NCBI GenBank assembly: GCA_020184695.1
Contig: JAANOX010000048.1
Span: 24,598-88,597, forward strand
Source of the DNA: Histomonas meleagridis 2922-C6/04-290x
Taxonomy: Eukaryota > Protista > Parabasalia
DNA length: 64,000 bases
Reading direction: 5' to 3'
Part shown: piece by piece, positions 10,100 to 20,102 of the stretch
Numbering within the stretch: position 1 is the first letter of the stretch
Layout of the letters: each line of letters begins with the position of its first letter
The notes under the pieces: model-generated
What the model saw: the letters and a program-made list of their open reading frames with translations, nothing else
What the model was told of the DNA's origin: nothing
Databases searched by the model: none
Program-made: the position numbers and the translations under genes

Positions 10100-11413
10100 T
10101 TACATATTTTGGACATCCACAGAATTTGCCCAAATCATCGCCACCATTATAGCTGCAGTTACTATTGTTTCCAATATTGCTATAATGCTTACTACTTTTG
10201 ATTGGAACTTAAACATTGCCAAGTAGCACACGGAAGGAATTATATACATTAGCAACATCATCGCAGTGTTTGCGATTATCGAAAATATCTTATAAACAAT
10301 GTTTGGCACGAACACGAAGAAGTCGCATAACAAAACCACTGCTAAACCTGTCACAACTCTTACAGAGTAAATTGACATTTTACCTAAAATTGGATTTTCG
10401 CTTAAATCCTCGCAAAACAATGAAGTAATTTGATCGACAAGTAAATAGTTATACATCACTGAGATATAAATATAATTAATTGCTAATGATATCTTACCGA
10501 TTAAAGTAATTGGATTGTTTTCGAAATAAAAGAAAAATGAATTACTTCCATCATTGTATGTATACAAAGTAAAATAACAGAAAAGACCAGTAAGAAATGT
10601 AAGTATAATGCTGATGATAGATGACATTCCGTACCCAATTAAGATCCGACGCTTTGTTGGGTTTCGGAAGTGGGAGACAAATGATGAAAATAATGGGTGC
10701 AAAAATAATATGGAATTAAACGTTTGGAAACAATCAATAATGCTCTTGAAGTCTGTGGTGAAATATTTGATTTGATTCCCGGAATCAAGGCCTGATGAAC
10801 TAAGTTTAAATTTGAAAAGTATAATGACACAAATAAAGCCTAAAATAAAACATAAGTTGCCAATTGCAGAAACTAGTGTCAAGCCTGAGAAATTTTGATT
10901 AAATAAACTTGGAATTGTAAAGATTATTGAAAATACATATACCCAAAAGAAATCATTATTGGCAAGTGATTCAGGAAGACCAATAGTACTGATGGACATT
11001 AATGATTTGATGATGTTTAAAAAGTTAATAATGGCATCTGCACTAACACTAACAAAATAAATAATTAGAAGAGCTGAAGGAACCCATGAAAACTTATTCC
11101 CGAAAATATTTCCCCAAATTTTTTGGTGTGTAATTATCGAAGAATTAGACCATGATTTAAGGAAAAGTCTGAAAGTGAAATTTGCAAAAAATAGAGCAAC
11201 AATACAGCAGATGATAGCAGTCGCAATTCCACTATTAAAGTTGCTTCCACATAAAAAAGGTGTAACACCAATGCTAGCTCGAATCATTATAAATATACAA
11301 ACAAACATTGGAACTTTGTCACTTCCTCCTGTATCTTCAAGGAATATGCTTTGATCCATGGATTGTCGACTGTTGAATTTATATGTTGAAAGAAGTGCGT
11401 CTCCACCTATCAT
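10100..11413 (-). CDS. Amino-acid transporter (AAAP/Aa_trans family)
   Basis: 437 aa with about 11 hydrophobic segments. N-terminal IMIRASIGVTPF resembles the family's first-helix 'GxGxLxxP' region. Confidence 0.7.
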   Translation of the reverse strand: MIGGDALLSTYKFNSRQSMDQSIFLEDTGGSDKVPMFVCIFIMIRASIGVTPFLCGSNFNSGIATAIICCIVALFFANFTFRLFLKSWSNSSIITHQKIWGNIFGNKFSWVPSALLIIYFVSVSADAIINFLNIIKSLMSISTIGLPESLANNDFFWVYVFSIIFTIPSLFNQNFSGLTLVSAIGNLCFILGFICVIILFKFKLSSSGLDSGNQIKYFTTDFKSIIDCFQTFNSILFLHPLFSSFVSHFRNPTKRRILIGYGMSSIISIILTFLTGLFCYFTLYTYNDGSNSFFFYFENNPITLIGKISLAINYIYISVMYNYLLVDQITSLFCEDLSENPILGKMSIYSVRVVTGLAVVLLCDFFVFVPNIVYKIFSIIANTAMMLLMYIIPSVCYLAMFKFQSKVVSIIAILETIVTAAIMVAMIWANSVDVQNM

Positions 11414-11533
11414 TGCGATTTTGAAGTTTTCAGAAGGTTAAAAAAACGTATTTCATTCAAATTATGAATGCTTTACATATATAAATATTTATCGTTGTAA
11501 AAATGACTACCTATTTGAATTTCCAAACTAAGA

Positions 11534-12082
11534 ATGGAATCAACAAACGAACCTCTCGAAGAAATCCATTTTAGTTTTGTTGTAGGTGGGAAATCAACAG
11601 CTAAGACAAATATTTGCAAAAGATTTTGTGAATTACAACCAACTCTTGTATCTCACAAAAAAATCTTTATTCATGTATGGGAGATAGCAAGTCAAGAAGA
11701 ATACATCGAGGTTGCTCCAATATACTTGAGAAATTGCTCATTTGCAATGATATGTTTTGATACGTCAGACGCTCAAGGATTTCAGAAGGCTGATTTATGG
11801 ATTAACTATATTAAAAGCGTAAAACCAAATTGTCAAATTGCCGTTGCAGCAAATAAATGTCATTGTAGCCAAAATGATGTAGAAATGAAACAAATAAAGT
11901 CATATGCTAGTTCCAAAGGTTTACCTTGTTATTTGGTCGATGGCCATAGTGATGATGACATTAAAAATCTATTTGATCAATGCGTCCATAATGTTTATGA
12001 AAATTATATTAAATTTCAACCACCTAAGCAAACAGTTGATCTTGCAAAAAGCAAAGAAACCAAAGGGAATTGCTTCCAATAA
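11534..12082 (+). CDS. Highly degenerate Rab/Ras-like small GTPase
   Basis: VVGGKSTAKT (G1-like), WEIASQEEY (G3-like), IYLRNCSFAMICFD, ANKCH (G4-like), C-terminal GNCFQ. Confidence 0.7.
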   Translation: MESTNEPLEEIHFSFVVGGKSTAKTNICKRFCELQPTLVSHKKIFIHVWEIASQEEYIEVAPIYLRNCSFAMICFDTSDAQGFQKADLWINYIKSVKPNCQIAVAANKCHCSQNDVEMKQIKSYASSKGLPCYLVDGHSDDDIKNLFDQCVHNVYENYIKFQPPKQTVDLAKSKETKGNCFQ

Positions 12083-12193
12083 GTGTATACACATTATTTA
12101 ATTAAATAAATTCATTAAACAAATTTAAAACTCCTTAAAATAATGTATACATTATGTAATATGATAGTTTATATATGTATCATTAAGATGTGA

Positions 12194-12227
<34 letters not shown>

Positions 12228-12499
12228 CATATACTTATTTCCAAAGATTAAATAATATATACTCGAAAGAAAATATTTCGTAACCAAGATTTCATGTGAA
12301 ATTGCTAATAAGGTTCAAATGTTTTTAAAGAAAACATAATAATCAAATTTAAATATCTAGACTTGGTATTAGATTTTGAAAAAAAGTAATAAAAAATAAA
12401 TATCTAAACAATGAATTTTATTATCAATATGCACATTTTTGGATCCCAAATAAAGATCCAGTTTGGAAATCCTCGAATTTTATTAACGGTCTCAAAAGG

Positions 12500-14032
12500 A
12501 TGGACTTACAGGAGAGGATATTAATTTCTCAAAATCAAAGCGATCAATTATCCAATGAAGGCGGAGAGCTGTTTGAAGTCATTGACCAACTTCATCAATT
12601 TGTAAACTTTCCTGAGGAATTGCTTCTTCCTTTAAATGCGTTTGCAAGTTCCCTAAATTTGTCATGGGCTCAAGTAACGAAACCTATTCTTGATCAAATA
12701 ATATCTACAGTTACAAACACCATTCAGAATAATAAAGAAATGGCACTGCAAATCCTCCAAGTCATCCATCCTTACATTCATCAAAGATTTCTATCAAAAC
12801 TCTTTCAAGAAATTTGTGAAGTATCTCCTTCCATACCTGATTATTTTCTTTTTGAATTATTTGAACTACCTCCATCAATTTTCGATAACATTTTTACTTC
12901 TGCTAAATCCAGACTTTCTATTTATTCACAATGTAAGCCCATATTTATCCGATCCGTTCTTACTACTATCAATGAATTTTGTTGTAATCCATTAAATCTT
13001 GATTTATTTCTCAACAATATCCGTACTCGTGTTACACAAAAAAAGAATGAAGATGGGGTCAAAGTTCGAAATTTTTCTACATCCAAACTTAATCCTCAAC
13101 TTTCTGAATTTCATCATTCCATTTGTTCCGAACCCATCGAAAAGTTACTTTCCATTGCAGGTGAACAGCTTCATTTCTATCAAGAGATTTGTAGTATTCT
13201 TCGTGACATATGGGAGAAAACCGGTAATTCCTTAACTGCATCACTTCGACTTGAATTAGCATTTAAATCACAGCAAACTCAATTTAAAGATCCATTGTTA
13301 CCATTTGCCAAAAGTATATTTAATCTTTTTGATAGCGGCAAGCCCAATTATCTTGAACAAAACTTTCGAGCGTTACCCGATTTTCGTTTTATTACATATG
13401 ATCCACTTTTACGCTTTTATCTCTATTGTGAATTTATACGACGGACATTTGAGCGCATTAAGAAATGTCGATATGAGCCATATGAAAATCGTACAGAACA
13501 AAACAAATTTCTTTTTTTGTTAACGCCAATGATGCAAGATGAAGAACGCGAAGATCTTTCGAATAATATCGAAGCAATTTTCATTGCATTTGATTTAGGT
13601 GAACCTCGTTTTAGTGAATGTTTAGATGCGCTACAAAAGGATACAAAGGTTAACGACGAATCTTCGCATCTGATAATGTTTGTTGGTCAGTTGTACCTCG
13701 AATTACATGACTCACCAGCTTTGATCGAAATCGCATCAAATGAAAACGTAGCGCCTGATGTGATTGTTGGCTATTTGATGATGAGATGGTTGGCACTTAT
13801 GGGGCTAACAGATGCTTCTGCTCACTCTATGCTGAGATTAATCATTTGTTGGGCGCGAAAGGACAGATTTATACTTTCTTATTTGTTGGCATTGTTGGAA
13901 TGTCGATTAGATAAAAGAATGAAACAAGAACAAGAAATAATCGGAAATATAATTAATGAAATTGGAGAATGTTGTTTTGAAGGTATAGAAAAAGCAATGT
14001 TTGAACATATTTGCTCTGTGTTAAATCAATAA
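12500..14032 (+). CDS. NELFB: NELF-B/COBRA1-like protein
   Basis: IEKLLSIAGEQLHFYQEICSILRDIWEKTGNSLTASLRLELAF...DP matches the NELF-B motif VQRLTRMVGKNVKLYDMVLQFLRTLFLRTRNVHYCTLRAELL...DP. The N-terminal helical blocks are also colinear (recalled alignment). Confidence 0.6.
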   Translation: MDLQERILISQNQSDQLSNEGGELFEVIDQLHQFVNFPEELLLPLNAFASSLNLSWAQVTKPILDQIISTVTNTIQNNKEMALQILQVIHPYIHQRFLSKLFQEICEVSPSIPDYFLFELFELPPSIFDNIFTSAKSRLSIYSQCKPIFIRSVLTTINEFCCNPLNLDLFLNNIRTRVTQKKNEDGVKVRNFSTSKLNPQLSEFHHSICSEPIEKLLSIAGEQLHFYQEICSILRDIWEKTGNSLTASLRLELAFKSQQTQFKDPLLPFAKSIFNLFDSGKPNYLEQNFRALPDFRFITYDPLLRFYLYCEFIRRTFERIKKCRYEPYENRTEQNKFLFLLTPMMQDEEREDLSNNIEAIFIAFDLGEPRFSECLDALQKDTKVNDESSHLIMFVGQLYLELHDSPALIEIASNENVAPDVIVGYLMMRWLALMGLTDASAHSMLRLIICWARKDRFILSYLLALLECRLDKRMKQEQEIIGNIINEIGECCFEGIEKAMFEHICSVLNQ

Positions 14033-14172
14033 ATATTTTTTATAGATGAATAACGGTTATAATCGGCTTCGATAGAATTGTATAATTTACAAATTTTACA
14101 AAAGTGTTTAATGTATTCTATTGTTTACAAAAAATGTATATATTCAAAATAATCTATGTGTTAATTGAATTC

Positions 14173-15229
14173 ATGAAAGAATTTTTTGATTGTTAAAACT
14201 TTACCTTCTTCACCAGATCCTTTCGCTAATGATGGACCTGCTTACTTCAACCCTAAGCCTCGTGTAATAACAGATCCTTTTTTAGACCCTTTAATTGATA
14301 ATTCAACATTTAATTCTTCATTTTTTTCAGAAACATTTAATGATCCATTTTCTTCTCTTATGCGCAGACTCTTATTGTTTCCTAGTGAAAATTCACAAAT
14401 ATCTTCTCATTTCCAACAACTTTTTTTAATGAATTCTCCCACAAGTAGTTTTTTTCCTGTATTAGTTGAAATTCTCAAAAACCCCAATATCGATCAAACC
14501 AGCAAATTGTTATCAATTAAATCAATGACAAATTTTTCAATCAACAATGAAGAATTCAGTCGATTTGTCTTAGACAATTGTGCCTATTTTTTTAAACTTT
14601 ATACAAACCGTGACTTCCTCCTTGATGTTCTTGATCTTTTCCAAGCTGTTTGTGCTTATGCCACTGAACAAGATTCAAAAATAATAATTCACAAACTTTA
14701 TCAAGACAATCTCATTCATTATGAAGAAAAGGGAACCATTAGACCCGATGACGTCCGTTCCCGACTCCATTGCATATATTCTATTCTTGCCAAATACGGA
14801 TCACAATTTCCAGATGAGCTTGTCAAATACATTCTTTCCCATTATAACTATCAAACTTTGGGTAAGGATCACCTTAAATGGTCCATTGCATATCCTTCTA
14901 TGACATGTATCGAACAGCTTTTGCAACAACCGGAAACGAATGCGTACAAAATATTAATGGATTCGACGTCGAAACTTAATGCGAAAATTGTTTCCGCTGT
15001 TATATGTTCCGTTAAGAGTAAGAAAGATAACATAAAAATACTCGCGATGAAGATATTGTTTCAATCGGTAAATCATTCATTGCAAATACAGACAATAATG
15101 AGATGGGACTCAATATACAACAACCTGTTGTCGGCTTTAATCGCTTTGAAAAGTTTTGGCAAGAGTCAGGTCAAAGAAATGGCCGAACTGTTGTTGCAAA
15201 TATTTGAATGTCCGACTATATCGAAATAA
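14173..15229 (+). CDS. ARM/HEAT-like hypothetical protein with an apparent 1-nt frameshift near the start
   Basis: 347-codon ORF without an upstream in-frame ATG. ATG 14173 joins it if the T6 run at 14182-14187 is read as T5 (MKEFLIVKTLP...). Confidence 0.6.
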
Positions 15230-15970
15230 ATATGTGATTTAAATAAATATAAATTATATTAATATAATTATGGCTAAATTTTATGTAATGAAAGAGTTTT
15301 ACTTACATTGTTTTGTCAAAGAATTTGTTGGTTGTGTTTTACCTTATCCTTATATCTAATTTTTCCATCAAATCAAAATATTCTGGATTAGTATGATGTC
15401 CAACTTTCTGGTTTAAGAATTTTTATTTTAAATGCACCTTTATGTTTATTTTTAGATCTAACATCAATGAAAGTTTGCGCAATATGTTTAATATTATAAA
15501 GTTATATCATTTTTCATGTATTTTTTATACATGCATTGACATAAGCATGATATTTAGAGAATATTTTATAAATCAAAAAAAATTAATTTCTAACATTATG
15601 AATTCAACTCACATTCTATTTCATTTATTTTCTTCATATATTGAACAAAGTACCGAATTTTCAAATAACTACGACTTCTAAATAAGACATCTGATTGTTT
15701 CTTAAAATTCATAAGTTTTTTAACATTGGTCTTGAGAAATTATAATTGTAATTTATCAAACGTTTCCAAATATAAAAAATTGACATTGTAAAATAAAATA
15801 GAAAATAAATATAAAAAAATTTATGAAGATGACTAATTGTCTACGAAGCTATCAGGTTCTGCTTGAATAAATTGAAAGATGCCACTTTTGAATTGCCGAT
15901 ATTTGCGTAAACCAATGAAATTACCCAAACAACAATAACCGCTTTTGCACTGACAATTTCACACAACGCA

Positions 15971-16678
15971 ATGAGTTCGTTCTTCAACAAGATGCGCCAT
16001 TTCCCAGAGTTTCACGAAACTATAACTGCAATCGAATCTCAAAAGAAAGCAGAGCAAACAATGATCGATGGATATACAAAAGCATTTGGTGATGATTTCA
16101 AAAAATACTCTGGACAACAAAAACCCGAGTTCCAAAATGGTTTAAACGGAATCATCGAATGTGGAATTCAAGAAACAACCATTATTAGAGATAGTTTTGT
16201 AGCAGTTTCTAATTTTGCTAATGACATGCAACCACTCCTTCAACAAGAAATTGAAATCAACAAGTGGAGAGAACTTTGCAAGCAAGCACAAGAATTAGCC
16301 AAGAAGAGTAGAGAAGATGCTAAAAAGAAAGAAGCTGCTTATAATCGTGCACAAACTTCAGGCAAGCCATCAGACATTAGTAAAGCTGAAGTTGCATACT
16401 CTTCTGCTAAGAGAAAAGCTGAAGAGGATACAAACAGTGCTAATGATCAACAAAAGTCATTAGAAGAAAAGGAAGGACCATATAGGGAGCAATTCCTTCA
16501 ATCCTTTGTTACTCCAATGACAGCAGTTATTAACCTTAGAATTCAAGAAGCAGAAAAGATTTTACAACTCACAAATCAATTTGATGAAGCTATTTCTAAA
16601 GTTCAAGACTTCCATGATGAAGGTGTTGATCATTATAAGGAAAGGTTCCAACAACTGAGTGCGGTTGTTGTCGAGTAA
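15971..16678 (+). CDS. All-helical coiled-coil protein, BAR/Vps5-like
   Basis: 235 aa, charged amphipathic helices with a BAR-like three-segment layout; no specific motif. Confidence 0.55.
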   Translation: MSSFFNKMRHFPEFHETITAIESQKKAEQTMIDGYTKAFGDDFKKYSGQQKPEFQNGLNGIIECGIQETTIIRDSFVAVSNFANDMQPLLQQEIEINKWRELCKQAQELAKKSREDAKKKEAAYNRAQTSGKPSDISKAEVAYSSAKRKAEEDTNSANDQQKSLEEKEGPYREQFLQSFVTPMTAVINLRIQEAEKILQLTNQFDEAISKVQDFHDEGVDHYKERFQQLSAVVVE

Positions 16679-16774
16679 ACAAAGTAAACCAACAACAACA
16701 AAAATTTGTTTTTTTTGTAGTTATTCAAAATAACGGTTTTTACACAACGAAAATTCGAATCTTTTTTAGGTAAA

Positions 16775-19700
16775 ATGAGCAAACAAAATCCTCGGGTATG
16801 CGTTTACTGTAGCTCTTTGTGGTATACTCATATTGCTGTCACCGTTACCCGAGAATCACCTACATATATTTTTACTGTTCAATATCCATCAGGAACTGTT
16901 TTCTTTTCAAACACTCCAAAAGTTGACGTTTTCGAAAGTCAAGTAGCTGCTGGGCGTTATATAAAAAGCAAATTTCAATCAAATTTAATTGCTGATGGAA
17001 CAGCTTTAATCGGACTTTCAATTTCTCCTGAAGGTGAAATAATTTATGCAATTATTCAACGCGCAAAAGAAAAGGCCATTCTTCCTAATGGATCATCAAT
17101 ATATAAAACAAAAGAAATTAACATTTTTTCGATTGATTTAACAACACAAAAAACTAAAAAAATCGAGAACGCGCTTGGAAACAATTTCTTTTATTGTCCA
17201 ACTTTTGATATTACACATCCATATCCATCTGAACAAACTGTTTCTGATTATGATCCAGAATTTTGTTGGAATCAAAAATGGCGAATTGCTTTTGAAAAAG
17301 TAGATGCCAGTTTTGCATGCACTGTTCTTCTTCAAGGTTATATTGGGAGTAAGAGTTCAAGTTCTATTTATATTGCTCGACGATCAATATATAATCCATA
17401 TACTAGATACACCTCTCGAGGTATTTCTGAAGGGTGTCCAGCAAATGAACTTGAATGTGAGCTTATATTTCTTGAGGATAAGCGCTTTTGGTCGAACTGT
17501 TGGCGAAGAGGTTCGGCGCCCGTTAAGTGGCGATCTGCAGTTTCAGGAATCAGTGTAATCCATAATGTATTAGATAATGATCCTGAAGAAACACATTGCT
17601 ATTTTATCAAAATTCTCAAGCGATTCCAAATTCAAAAGATCCATGTCTTATCATTATTAGAAGGAAATGGATTTGAAAAAGAGTTATCCAATTCATATCA
17701 AAAGTCAATCCAAAGCTTAGACTTTGTTGATTTCCATGAGTTTAACATCAACACATTAGGCAATGGCAATAGTTTACAAAAAGCAATTTCATTTCAAAAT
17801 TTTTTATCATCAACATTCTTAACATCAGAACCAATTTTTACTGAAGGAGAAGTTGATACTGTAACCAAACGCCAAAACACGATAATGCGTTTTAATTGTG
17901 TAGATTCAACAGATCGTACAAACATTGCAACATTTTTCTATGCAAGAGCGTTAGCCGAACGCAAAGGGTTTTGTAAAATAGATCGAGACTTACTTATTCC
18001 ACTTTTTTTAAAATCGGGAAATGTAATTTCATATTTTTATATGTTAAGTGACGCCACCAAAACGCAAATCATTCGAATCTTTACTCCAAATACCGATGAC
18101 GTTCGATTTAAAAAATGTTTTCCACACTCAATAATATCTACTTCAAAGTCCGATGCGGCGTTAACGATCACCCGCCGATTGAAAGTCAATTCATTTTATG
18201 AGGTCGATAACAATATTTCTGAATGGCTAACCGCCGATTATAAACCCCCGTTAACGTACACCATTGATTGGACCCATTTGTTAATAATTACCAATTCTAA
18301 AATGATATTAAATTATAAACAACCGATGCCAGATTCAATATTACATACAAACACGTCGTGTATTCAATGCGATTTAAATCAATTTTCATCGGAGATAATC
18401 TTAAAGTTACCGAAGCCGATGCGGATATCACATTTGACATTAATCGTAATGCCGAATTCACCAACTTCGTTTACGTTAAGTTGTGGTATGGATGAAAATA
18501 CGCGTCACATATGGCTAAAGGACATCTCATTGCCAATCGTACAAAACCCAATACCATTACGATATTCATTAATCCAATCTTCACGTCGTTGGAACATTAG
18601 CGCTCCATTTGATATCCATGGGACTGAACCGTCGCGTTTTGTATGGATTACATTTAAATGTGACAACAGAAACAATTCGAAAGTTACAATTTCGAATGTT
18701 TTCATTGATGGGATTATAACGAATGAATATCAAGTTCAAAAGTTCGATGCAAATACTTATAACCAAAGTAGTATTAATGAATATGAAAAGAAAATCCAAA
18801 ATTTCTTCGAAGCAAATAATAGGAATTTAAGTGATTATATGGAATTAGAAATATTTCGTATTAAGAATCGGATTTCTTTGGATTTACGCAATTTAATTAC
18901 TATAAGACTTGGTTATAACCCTTTTTATACATCCATTTTATCAAAGTTAAAAGCGGATTTGTCAAAATGTTATTTCTGTTCAAAGATTACAAGTTATAAT
19001 GAAGCAGTTCCAACTTTTTGGGTTCCTAATTTTTGGAATTTACTCGATTATGACAGAAGAAGAGTTGAAACATGTCAAAAGCCCTTTAAATTATGTAATA
19101 ATTGTTATAACCAAATAAAACAATTCGAAAAAGATATTAAAGAATTGGAATATAAGTTAACTACAATCAATAAGAAAGTAAATAAGTCGGAAATTATCAT
19201 GAAGAATTTGGTTAAGGGTTCAACACTTTTATCTTTACCTGATCAAACATGTTTTTTAGAGTATCCTTTAAATTGTTCGAATAATAATAACATTAATAAT
19301 CTTTTAATAGATAACGATGAAGTTTGGTCAATCGATTTACAAGTTAATAATTTAAAGGATTTGATGTTTACAATTTGTTTACCTACGTATTCAATTGTTT
19401 CATCAATTTCAATTGAGTTCATAGGTGATTTACCGAAAACTATTTCGATATTATCTCTTAGCAAACAAACTTTCGAAATAATTGTACAGAACAACGTCTG
19501 CTTTTTGGTGTTTAAAACACCTTTTATAACTGAATCAATAACATTTGTCTTGACACCAAACGTAAATCAAAAGTTTATGACGATGAAATTGATCAAATTT
19601 TTCGGCGAATTCATAAATCGGCCATTACCGCCTCCGATTTTAGAAAGCGTTGACCCAACGAATCGAAAATTAGTATCAATTCATGGTGAAACTGATCCTA

Positions 19701-19996
19701 ATAATAGAACGATGATTTATAGGATTCAAGAAGAAAATTTGGTTTTGACTGAAATTGGTTTTCTAGTCGATGTGAATTATGATTGTCAACCTCAATCAAT
19801 TGCTGTTTCTATTTTTAGATATGGAAAATTACAAAAATATTATCAAATAATTATTCCGCAAATTCAAAATAAAAGAATGTTAATTTATAAGTTGGATGAT
19901 GAACAAATTTGCGACGTATGTATTGTACATTATATTGACTTATCTCAACAAGTATTCGCACCTTATACAACTTTATTTGGAATATCAATTAAATAA
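16775..19996 (+). CDS. SAC-domain phosphoinositide phosphatase (SAC9-like)
   Basis: ARRS...TRY.SRG, ANELECE, RRGSAPVKW and catalytic RFNCVDSTDRTN (CX5RT); long C-terminal extension with CxxC...CxxC. Confidence 0.8.
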   Translation: MSKQNPRVCVYCSSLWYTHIAVTVTRESPTYIFTVQYPSGTVFFSNTPKVDVFESQVAAGRYIKSKFQSNLIADGTALIGLSISPEGEIIYAIIQRAKEKAILPNGSSIYKTKEINIFSIDLTTQKTKKIENALGNNFFYCPTFDITHPYPSEQTVSDYDPEFCWNQKWRIAFEKVDASFACTVLLQGYIGSKSSSSIYIARRSIYNPYTRYTSRGISEGCPANELECELIFLEDKRFWSNCWRRGSAPVKWRSAVSGISVIHNVLDNDPEETHCYFIKILKRFQIQKIHVLSLLEGNGFEKELSNSYQKSIQSLDFVDFHEFNINTLGNGNSLQKAISFQNFLSSTFLTSEPIFTEGEVDTVTKRQNTIMRFNCVDSTDRTNIATFFYARALAERKGFCKIDRDLLIPLFLKSGNVISYFYMLSDATKTQIIRIFTPNTDDVRFKKCFPHSIISTSKSDAALTITRRLKVNSFYEVDNNISEWLTADYKPPLTYTIDWTHLLIITNSKMILNYKQPMPDSILHTNTSCIQCDLNQFSSEIILKLPKPMRISHLTLIVMPNSPTSFTLSCGMDENTRHIWLKDISLPIVQNPIPLRYSLIQSSRRWNISAPFDIHGTEPSRFVWITFKCDNRNNSKVTISNVFIDGIITNEYQVQKFDANTYNQSSINEYEKKIQNFFEANNRNLSDYMELEIFRIKNRISLDLRNLITIRLGYNPFYTSILSKLKADLSKCYFCSKITSYNEAVPTFWVPNFWNLLDYDRRRVETCQKPFKLCNNCYNQIKQFEKDIKELEYKLTTINKKVNKSEIIMKNLVKGSTLLSLPDQTCFLEYPLNCSNNNNINNLLIDNDEVWSIDLQVNNLKDLMFTICLPTYSIVSSISIEFIGDLPKTISILSLSKQTFEIIVQNNVCFLVFKTPFITESITFVLTPNVNQKFMTMKLIKFFGEFINRPLPPPILESVDPTNRKLVSIHGETDPNNRTMIYRIQEENLVLTEIGFLVDVNYDCQPQSIAVSIFRYGKLQKYYQIIIPQIQNKRMLIYKLDDEQICDVCIVHYIDLSQQVFAPYTTLFGISIK

Positions 19997-20102
19997 AATT
20001 ATTTGTATAGATAAATGTTTTTGTTTTTTAACTTTATACAAAAAAAAAAAATTATCACTTTTTGATAGTAATGCGGTTATTTTCAGATAAAACGATCGTT
20101 TC

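Noticed and set aside
11040-11056. ACTAAC branch-point-like words suggesting a parabasalid intron
   Set aside because: They lie antisense within an uninterrupted transporter ORF and lack the matching 5' splice site and adjacent AG.
12201-12227. A27 tract as the poly(A) tail of a Rab retrocopy
   Set aside because: It lies about 120 nt after the stop, farther than expected from the TAAA signal at the stop, and no flanking target-site duplication was found; treated as a simple homopolymer.
15240-15900. Coding-like fragments on the minus strand and the 79-aa + strand ORF 15442..15681
   Set aside because: Short, stop-riddled, no recognisable motif; expected by chance in AT-rich DNA.
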